Source: Chrysochromulina tobinii (lineage: Eukaryota). Taken from it: a stretch of DNA of 37,900 nucleotides. A model generated the notes under the pieces. The model was not told the origin of the DNA. It searched no databases and was given only the letters and a program-made list of their open reading frames with translations. The position numbers and the translations under genes were made by a program. The stretch lies in assembly GCA_001275005.1 (NCBI GenBank), contig JWZX01002783.1, positions 1-37,900 on the forward strand, read 5' to 3'. Below are positions 30,558 through 37,900 of the stretch, one piece after another (within the stretch, counting starts at the first letter, position 1; the number at the start of each line of letters is the position of its first letter).

Positions 30558-30689
30558 GGTTAGTTTTCTGCCTCGCGTCTCTCGCTGTGCCACCTGCTCT
30601 CAGTCGTGATGACTGCGGCAATCTGCACGAAACGCAAGGAAAAATGATCGGCGGCTCTCCAAAAAACTACAAATGTACGACCTTTTGTG

Positions 30690-31442
30690 CTAACGGATAC
30701 CAGACATCTTCCCGTTGTTGAGCCATCGTGCAAAACACGAGTGCAATCTTTCGAAGCCTTCCGCCTCCAAAGCGGCCGCATTGTGCTCTGCAATCTCTTT
30801 GTTGATGACAACACCGCGGACGATGCCCTCCTGCACGACGCGATCGAGCTGTGCCCGCCGTAGTAGATTGATCACGGGCGTAGGTGCGCGCTTCTCAAAG
30901 TGGAGGGGCGCGTCCTCCTCCAACTCGGTGAAGGACCACTGCGGGTGGAAGAACGCTGGCTGGACCCGGTTGCCCACCAATTGTTCGATGGGGGGAAGGG
31001 CCTCTGTATGCTCGCCAGCCTCCTCCAGTGTGTCGACGAGAAACTCATAGAGCCAGTAGAACGCATCAATTCCGTCGCTGTAGTACGGCGCTATCACAAA
31101 TGAGGTGGCAATTTCCTCTTCAGGCGTCTCGATGAGTCGGGCCGCCTCTAGATAAAAATCTTCGAGCAACTCCTCGTCCGTGGTCGCATTGCTCACAACG
31201 TACCGAATTCGATCCTGCTGGAAAGGTCGGGCTGCAAATGGGCACAACCCCAGGCGGATGACGTGGTCAGAGATCCACTGCCGTGTGCGTGAGATGGCGA
31301 GCTCCTCCAGTGCCGCCGCGACTGTAGCTGCAACGGGACTTCCGGCGCGCCTGCCGATGGGGGCACGCCACGCCTGCCGATTGCATTGGGAGTGAGGCCT
31401 CGATAATTCAAGAGCGAACGCAAGCATCGCAACATGACTCAT
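30690..31442 (-). CDS. DUF1415 family protein with N-terminal targeting extension
   Basis: TRQWISDHVIRLGLCPFAARP, IATSFVI.P, VQPAFFHPQW.F, RAPTPVINLLR and I.EHN...L are DUF1415 hallmarks. Confidence 0.85.
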   Translation of the reverse strand: MSHVAMLAFALELSRPHSQCNRQAWRAPIGRRAGSPVAATVAAALEELAISRTRQWISDHVIRLGLCPFAARPFQQDRIRYVVSNATTDEELLEDFYLEAARLIETPEEEIATSFVIAPYYSDGIDAFYWLYEFLVDTLEEAGEHTEALPPIEQLVGNRVQPAFFHPQWSFTELEEDAPLHFEKRAPTPVINLLRRAQLDRVVQEGIVRGVVINKEIAEHNAAALEAEGFERLHSCFARWLNNGKMSGIR

Positions 31443-31464
31443 GTGTCGTCCCTTCACTATGAAT

Positions 31465-31530
31465 AAGTCAAGTCAAGTCAGAGCGAATTTCCTTTTTTTG
31501 TTTATGTTTAGACTTGACTTTTGACTTGAC
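31465..31530. repeat. (AAGTC)n and (GACTT)n pentamer arrays in inverted orientation
   Basis: aagtcaagtcaagtca at 31465-31480 and gacttgacttttgacttgac at 31511-31530. Confidence 0.85.
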
Positions 31531-31796
31531 ACACAGACCGATTCGCACACCCGATTACACTAGTCAGAGTCACCGGGCACGGCACACGTGGACATGCACC
31601 TACATCTTAACACCATGGCGGTGTGTGCCGTTTATAGTGGTTTTCATATTTCATTCCACCCGATTGGAATTGCAGTCCGCAATCTGCACGACCGCGCGAG
31701 ATGAAGAATAGGTGTCACCTGTCGTCCAGCTCCCGAATCCAGATCAGTTAGTACTGGTCCAAATCAGTACTGCACAGTAATCAGAATGAGTCTCGC

Positions 31797-34301
31797 TCAT
31801 CGACCGCCCACCGCCCCATAGCCGGAAGGGCGCTTCGCGGTGGGCGCCTTGGAGGCTATGGGTGGCGCACCCGCCACGAGCGAGGAGGCGAACACGTCGG
31901 TATTGAGGCTGATATTGAGGCTGGCCGCCAATAGTGTGGCTTGATGGCGCTTCGCGTCGGCAAGTCTCGTCTGCGCATCGCCCAGGTCAGCATACAGCAC
32001 GGCCGCCGCGTCGAGCAGCTCGTGGTGTGCAAAGGGAGTGAATGGCGCGGCCTTGCGCAGCACATATGTCGACGGCTTCAACGGCCTCGCGCCCTTTCGC
32101 TTGAGAATGACCCCGGGCTCGGCTGGCGTGGGTGGAGGCCCGACGAGCAGCAGCCCTCGGCTGAAGCTGCGCCCCGAGAGGCCACCACCCCGTCCGAGGG
32201 ACGAGCCGAACGGCGTGCGTAGCGGGCCGCTGCCATGTCGGCTGCTGCTCGTGCTGCCTGCGGGCATGGCGGCAGATGGGACCGTCGCCGCGGCGGGCAG
32301 GCCACCGCCATAGCTCAGGCTGCCTGGGCCGCAGACGGACAGCGTGTCGGGCGCGACCACGTCGTGGCGGAAGTCGCGAGAGGCCGCACTGGTGCCGAGG
32401 GCGTTAGTGTAGCAACCGTTGGATAGGTCCGTGCGCTCGAGGCTGCCTGGCGGTCCACCCGAGGCCCACCGCGTCGAGCTGGCCGCTTCCATCGAGTTGC
32501 TTACACCAGGCCGTGCAGGCTTGCCCCAGCTGGCGACGGCGGCAGAGTACTCTGCAGGTAGGCCGCCGCCCGATGAGGCGCCTGCTTCAGCTGCGTAGCG
32601 GCTGCTGGTCGGTGCAGTGACATACGAGGAGCTGTTGAGCGAGGCACGTGAGCCTCGGGGGGTCAGTGCAGTGGCAGACGAGGAGCTGTGGAGCGAGGCA
32701 CGTGAGCCTCTGCGCATGGGAGAGGTGGCCGCGCGGGTGACAGTGCTGCTCAAGCGCAACGCGCGGCCCGGGGCATAGGCTCCGGGAGCATAGGCCACGC
32801 TGGCTATGAAGCCTCGCTGTGCCATCGTCCCCGGCGCCAGTCCATGGCATGCGCTCGTGCTCGGTGCGGAGGGTAGGCGCAGGTATTCGGAAATGGGGCG
32901 GCCGAGCCGTGCGCTTAAGCTCTCGTGCGCAGACGAGTCGCCATCGAGCAGCTGCTCGATCTGCTCGATCTGCTCGATCTGCTGCTGCTGCTGCTGCTGC
33001 TGCCACCGCCGCCGGCGCTGCTGCTGCTGCTCCTGCTCCTGCTGGTAAGGCTGGTGGTGCTGGTGGTGGTGGTGCTTGCTGTGCACCTGGGCATCCTCGG
33101 CGTCTGCGGGCGGGCTCGCATCGTACGGTAGGGCCCCAAAGGGCGGCGAGCGCGGCTCCGAGGCGCCGTCGAGGAAGCTGAGCTCGTGGTGCTGCTGATG
33201 CTGCTGAAAGACCGCCTCGGCCAGCGCCGACTCAGCGGCCTCAGCCTCGCCAGTGGGCGCGAAGAAGTACCGAGGCTCGCCGACGCCGTCGCGGCCGAGT
33301 GCATTATCGCGGCCGAGGAAGGAGACATTGGCCGGCATCCCCTGCCTGTGCACAAGCTGCGGCGTCGAGCAGCTACGCGAGAGGCTCGCTCGTGATAGGG
33401 AAGGCCGGACCGCGCCTGCGACCGAGGCAGCCGAGCCGGGTGGCGCTGACGGAAAATCGCCGGTTGAGCCCGGAGGTGGCGGAAAGAAGGGCGTTGATGG
33501 CTTCGTCATGAGCCCCAGGTCCGAGCGGGTCGTCGTGGGGCGCGAGGCTGGCGTGCGCGGGAGGGACGGCATGTGCGACAGCGACGAAGAGGAGTGCGAG
33601 CGTGCTTCTCCTCGGCGGGAGAGCGTGCGCGGGAGCGGCGAGCCCGCGGTGCCACGCCACGGGTCGACGAAGCCCGAGGGGAGGAAGGGCTCGCGCCCGT
33701 CATAACCGAGCGCGGTAGCGTGGGTGCCGGCGACGCCCAGGTGGATGCCCATGCCGAGGCCGAGGCTGCCGGTCGTCGGGCGGGATGGGCCGAGGCCGCC
33801 CACTCCGACTCCGTGCCCGCCAGCGCCGGAGCTGCCACGGCTCTGCCCCTCGCGGGTGAGTAGCCGCTGCCGCGAGACGACGCTGAGTGACGGCCACAGC
33901 AACGTGGCTTCGACCTGCTCCTCGCGCGAGCGCAGCATATTCAGCTCGCGCTTGAGCGAGCTCACCTCATGTTTGAGCGTGCTCACCTGCTCGTGGTGCT
34001 GTTCCGCGGCAACTGCGAGCGGGCTGGCGACGGCCAGCGCCACCTCCTCATCACCATAGTTGGCGCGCTCGCCCGTCCGCTGCAACGCGCTGCACAGGCC
34101 CTCGACGAGCCAATACCGCTCATCGGCTGGCAGCGAAGTGGTCATGAGCGCCATCTGAGCCGCTGTGAGCTGAGGGTCTTCAGAGACGGCTTCGCTCAGA
34201 ATGCGCTGCGCCGTCACTGCCGCGTGCTTCGACAACCCGGCGGATGGCTGGCTCGAAGATGCCGTTTCCAGCGCGGGTGGCGGCGCGAGGAGCATGTTCA
34301 T
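31797..34301 (-). CDS. Large low-complexity protein with short coiled coils and polyQ/H tracts
   Basis: Stop-free frame of about 834 aa from ATG 34301. N-terminal coiled coil (VSTLKHEVSSLKRELNML), S/G/P/A-rich disordered body, (CAG)n tracts at about 32940-33075. Confidence 0.7.
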   Translation of the reverse strand: MNMLLAPPPALETASSSQPSAGLSKHAAVTAQRILSEAVSEDPQLTAAQMALMTTSLPADERYWLVEGLCSALQRTGERANYGDEEVALAVASPLAVAAEQHHEQVSTLKHEVSSLKRELNMLRSREEQVEATLLWPSLSVVSRQRLLTREGQSRGSSGAGGHGVGVGGLGPSRPTTGSLGLGMGIHLGVAGTHATALGYDGREPFLPSGFVDPWRGTAGSPLPRTLSRRGEARSHSSSSLSHMPSLPRTPASRPTTTRSDLGLMTKPSTPFFPPPPGSTGDFPSAPPGSAASVAGAVRPSLSRASLSRSCSTPQLVHRQGMPANVSFLGRDNALGRDGVGEPRYFFAPTGEAEAAESALAEAVFQQHQQHHELSFLDGASEPRSPPFGALPYDASPPADAEDAQVHSKHHHHQHHQPYQQEQEQQQQRRRRWQQQQQQQQIEQIEQIEQLLDGDSSAHESLSARLGRPISEYLRLPSAPSTSACHGLAPGTMAQRGFIASVAYAPGAYAPGRALRLSSTVTRAATSPMRRGSRASLHSSSSATALTPRGSRASLNSSSYVTAPTSSRYAAEAGASSGGGLPAEYSAAVASWGKPARPGVSNSMEAASSTRWASGGPPGSLERTDLSNGCYTNALGTSAASRDFRHDVVAPDTLSVCGPGSLSYGGGLPAAATVPSAAMPAGSTSSSRHGSGPLRTPFGSSLGRGGGLSGRSFSRGLLLVGPPPTPAEPGVILKRKGARPLKPSTYVLRKAAPFTPFAHHELLDAAAVLYADLGDAQTRLADAKRHQATLLAASLNISLNTDVFASSLVAGAPPIASKAPTAKRPSGYGAVGGR

Positions 34302-34438
34302 CGTCCGAGGACGTCGACAGCATGTTCGCGGTGTTCGAAACGGCAAAATCCAAACAACCTTTTCAAATTTCCTTACAGTCTCGTGCATGTGAAGAATGAC
34401 AAGGTGTCTTACTGGGATGCAATTCTTGGGCTCTCATA

Positions 34439-34446
34439 TTTCGCGC
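34439..34446 (+). promoter_or_regulatory. Candidate E2F site TTTCGCGC upstream of ORC5
   Basis: Exact match to the TTTSSCGC consensus, immediately 5' of the ORC5 start. Confidence 0.4.
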
Positions 34447-34450
34447 GTAA

Positions 34451-36301
34451 ATGGTCCCGATGCGGGCTTGCGCCCTCGACGAGCTCAAGGGACGGTACCC
34501 GGGTCGGTCGCGCGAATGCGAGCGACTCTTCTCACTCCTCGGCGAGCCTGGCATAGCGATCCCGCTCTACCTCTACGGGCCGTCCGGCTGCGGCAAGAGT
34601 GCAGTTCTCAGCGGCGTGCTCGAGGCACTCGAGATCCGAACGGCTTTTGTGGATTGTGTGACGCACCCGACGCCGCAATCCATCTTCGAGTCGGCGCTCA
34701 ACCAGCTTGCTGGCCACCGGCCGCAGGCGAGCAACGGCTACTCGTGCTGGTCGTCGTGCGACAGCCCGGCAGCTTTTGTCGCCGGCCTGCGCCAGCTGGT
34801 CGCGGTGCGCAAGCGGGTGTGCCTCGTCTTCGACAAGGCGGAGCGGCTCTCGGCACGTGGCGGCGGCCTCATGCAGGTGTTGATCGCCTTGCCTTCTCTT
34901 TGCGCCGCCGCGGCTGCCGCCTCCGTGGCTGCTGGCGCCGCAGAGGACCACACCGCCGCGGGCGCAGTCCTGCCTGTCTTTGTGGGCGAGGCACTCTGGC
35001 CCGACTTCCAGCACGCGTGCGACGGCGAGCCGCGCGTGCTTCAATTCCGCTTTGGTGGCTACTCGATGGTGGGCCTCAAGACAGTCCTCAAGCGCGACGT
35101 GCATGAGGTGCTTCCAGCGCAGTCGGCGCTTCGCAAGCGCATATGTGCGCGCGCCGCGGCCGCCAGCGCCGCCAGCGCCGCCAGCGCCGCCAGCGCCGCC
35201 AGCGCCGCCAGCGCCGCCGCTAGCGCCGTTGATGTGGGCGACGTGGGCGGCGACGGCACTGGTTGCGGTGCCGACGCAGCAGCCGTAGCGAGCTCGAGCA
35301 CCGCACTCGCCACCTCGCAGGCCGCCGTGTCTGCCACTGAGTCCGCGTCCGGCTCATGCAGCGCAGAGCGCCCCGTGTACGCGGACGCGTTCGAGGCCTT
35401 CGTGGACACGGTGGTCGATCTCTTCTCCGAGATCTGCCGCGACACGCACGAGCTGCGCCACATCTGCCGCCAGCTCTTCCCGCTGTACGTCAAGCCTGTC
35501 GCGGATGGCGTGCTGCTCGGTACGGCTGGCGGAGCGGCGGGAGGAGCGGCGGCCGGGGGCAACGCCGCACGCGATCAGCCGTTCAACGAGCTCGGCGTTG
35601 CACGGCAGCGGCGGGCGGCGGGCAGTGCGAGTGCCGATGACGCGCCCGACCGACCTTTTGAGCTCAGAGACACGCGGCAGCTCCATGCGGCGATCCAGCC
35701 GCACCTCAAGCGCGCCATGCGACGCGTGTACGCTCGCGACGGCCTGCACGCGGACGCGGACGACGCGGCGCTCGCCGCCGCGGTCGCCGGCTCGGGGAGT
35801 GCGTTGCAGCTGCCCGTGGGCGCCCAGTGGCTGCTCCTCGCCGGCTTCCTCGCGTCGCGGCTGCCCCCACGAGCTGACTTGGCTCTCTTCTCCTCTGTGG
35901 CCAAGAAGCCAGGGCGACGTGGTGGCGGACCTCGCAAGACCAAGCTGCTCGACACAGCGCACCCCTTCACCCTTGACCGTCTTCTCGCCATCTACAGCTC
36001 GATTGCGCTCGAGGAGCATCTCGGCGGGCCCGCCGCGAGGCTGGCGGCCGCCACGATCGCCCACGGCGGCGCCGGCGCGGTGGCGCGTGCCAACGCCGAC
36101 GGCCGCGTCTCGGCACGGCCGCCGGTGCGCGCCGAGCTCCTCGTGCAGGCGGCTGGGCTGCTTGAACTGCGCCTCTTCTCGCGGGTCACAAAGGAGGGTC
36201 ACATAGACGCGCCGCGCTTCCGGTGCGAGGCAGCCGAGGCCGACGTCGAGTCGGTGGCCAGGCTGCTCAAGTTTGACTTGCAGCAGTACAGGGAGGAGTA
36301 A
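34451..36301 (+). CDS. ORC5: Origin recognition complex subunit 5
   Basis: PGR..E...L, Walker A GPSGCGKS, LVFDKAERL. C-terminal ORC5 motifs LLLAGFLAS..P..D..LF, PFTLDRLLAIYSSI and PRFRC...VARLLKFDL..Y. Confidence 0.9.
   Translation: MVPMRACALDELKGRYPGRSRECERLFSLLGEPGIAIPLYLYGPSGCGKSAVLSGVLEALEIRTAFVDCVTHPTPQSIFESALNQLAGHRPQASNGYSCWSSCDSPAAFVAGLRQLVAVRKRVCLVFDKAERLSARGGGLMQVLIALPSLCAAAAAASVAAGAAEDHTAAGAVLPVFVGEALWPDFQHACDGEPRVLQFRFGGYSMVGLKTVLKRDVHEVLPAQSALRKRICARAAAASAASAASAASAASAASAAASAVDVGDVGGDGTGCGADAAAVASSSTALATSQAAVSATESASGSCSAERPVYADAFEAFVDTVVDLFSEICRDTHELRHICRQLFPLYVKPVADGVLLGTAGGAAGGAAAGGNAARDQPFNELGVARQRRAAGSASADDAPDRPFELRDTRQLHAAIQPHLKRAMRRVYARDGLHADADDAALAAAVAGSGSALQLPVGAQWLLLAGFLASRLPPRADLALFSSVAKKPGRRGGGPRKTKLLDTAHPFTLDRLLAIYSSIALEEHLGGPAARLAAATIAHGGAGAVARANADGRVSARPPVRAELLVQAAGLLELRLFSRVTKEGHIDAPRFRCEAAEADVESVARLLKFDLQQYREE
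35159..35212 (+). repeat. Coding 9-bp tandem repeat (GCCGCCAGC) x6 encoding (AAS)6 in ORC5
   Basis: Six perfect units, in frame. Confidence 0.9.
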
Positions 36302-37061
36302 TAGAAAATGGTGGTGCGTGGCCGTGGGACGCCCGCGGGCCGAGGCGAGACCCCACACTCCACAGGCTCCCTCCTCGCCCCGCCCTCCCGGCCGGAGCGG
36401 ACACGACACCCCGGCACAGTGTGGCGTTTCGTATACCGTACGATGTGTGGGAGCGGCGGCGCGGATCGGACCGCCGGCGGGAGCGGCGGCCCGAACGCCA
36501 GAACGCGCGCGGATCGCGCCGGGCTCCATGGCCGGCTCAACCAAACCCGAAAGTTACGGATCGGATTTGGCATCGACATTGAATTATTGGAATTTGGGCC
36601 AAATTCGCCAAATTCAATTTCAACGTTGGCGACGTATTATATAACGGGATCGCGGGATCGGCGATCGCCCGCTTCCGCCTTGCACGTCGACACGGCAAAA
36701 GCGGTAGAACACACTGAACAATTCTCTATCAATCTCACAAAACCGGCGGTGCCTCCGGCACGCGGGCCCCGATCCATCTCATCCGCGGCGTCGCGCACGA
36801 TCGCCCTTGATCCCGGCACGCAAACACATCACACGCCCCAAACATGGATTCGTCTCGCTGTCACAACCCCGTCATCGAGATGGGCCCCGCTCAACCTAGT
36901 GACCACGGCTCTGCTGCGGCGCTGCTGCTACCAGCTTCGCTCTCGCGCTGGGCCGCGTTACACGCCCACGGGCAACGGCCAGCGCCCCGCACCCGCCTCA
37001 CACGCCCTGTCACGCCCACGACACGTCGGGTTCGGGCCAAGCGCCACGGAACAGCGCTTCT

Positions 37062-37690
37062 CTACAAAGAGGAGGCGAAGCCAGTGGCCGCGTTGCTGCC
37101 CCACGCGCCCTCGGGCCGATGCCTCGCCTCTGCACCCTTCTTGTAGCTGAAAATAGAGGTGCCGCCGGAGACGATGCCGGCGGCCATGATGTCGTCCGTG
37201 GTGAGAACCTTGGTGAACTCGGTGTAGTCGATGATGCCGTCGCCGGTCTTGTCGACGAAATCGAGCAGGGTGTCCACGACGAACATGTCGAGGTCGCCGC
37301 GCACCTCGCCCGTGTAGAAGTCGGTGTACTTGATCAGGTAGTACTGCTTGAGGAGGGTGATGATCTCCTCGCGCGAGAGCACGCCGTCGCCGCTCTCGTC
37401 CACGTCGCGGAGCGCCTTCATCACCGTGGCGTTCTTCATCAGCAGCCGTTCTTTGATGAGCTTGGCGGCCGCCTTGAGCTGGCCCACAGTGCACCCGTGC
37501 TTGCCAATCTTCATCGCGGCCTCCGTCTTCGCGGCCGAGACCACCTTCTTGTCGGGCACGAGCGCCGCGAGCTCGACAATGTCGTCGCATTCGATCACGG
37601 CCGAGAGCTCGGAGTAGTCGATCTCGTCATCGCCGTTGAGGTCCGCCATGTCGATCATGCACGCGAGTGTCCGGTCGTTGACAACGTCAC
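37062..37690 (-). CDS. Last exon of a multi-EF-hand calcium-binding protein; 5' exons probably lie at or beyond the window edge
   Basis: EF loops DLNGDDEIDYSE, DESGDGVLSREE and DKTGDGIIDYTE. Acceptor CGTCCGCAG at 37691; strong G/C third-position bias stops upstream of it. Confidence 0.85.
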
Positions 37691-37900
37691 CTGCGGACGA
37701 CGAGAGGGCAGTACACAATGAAGGATGCGTGGTGCAGTGCGCGGGGGCACAAGGGATCGGCCATTCCACGCGCTCATTCCACGCGCGAGCCGCCAAGGCG
37801 CCGCCGCCACTACGACCAAGCGGGAAACGCCACTACGGCCAAGCGGGACACGACAGTGCACGTATGCCCGTGTGTTGCCGCCGCCGCTGCCGCCGCCGCC

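Overview
GC-rich, very gene-dense eukaryotic DNA: about 23 protein-coding genes in 37.9 kb, short GT-AG introns, many head-to-head pairs with 90-360 bp spacers, and proteins that look plastid- or mitochondrion-targeted. The overall character suggests an algal genome with secondary plastids, possibly a haptophyte (inference only). Recognisable genes are YY1 (with a REPO-like motif), PAK1IP1/Mak11, ORC5, a SHAQKYF-class Myb, a SINA-RING+FHA protein, a ubiquitin-like protein, a short asparaginase, an IPT/TIG repeat protein, a PAP2 phosphatase, an OPT/YSL transporter, an RfnT-like MFS transporter, DUF1415, an EF-hand protein and a GT-A glycosyltransferase. The most striking signal is at 18989-19460. 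Two neighbouring introns of an orphan 924-aa membrane-protein gene are built from duplicated copies of their own exon junctions, interleaved with a TGATKGCCTC-type motif. In one intron the duplicate supplies the AG acceptor, in the other the GT donor. The same motif is tandemly repeated in the OPT intron, suggesting a recent intron-generating process. Also present: a 316-bp element with 49-bp terminal inverted repeats, and a lumenal kinase-like protein next to the glycosyltransferase. No rRNA, tRNA or CRISPR array was seen. All gene models and homologies were read by eye, without database searches.
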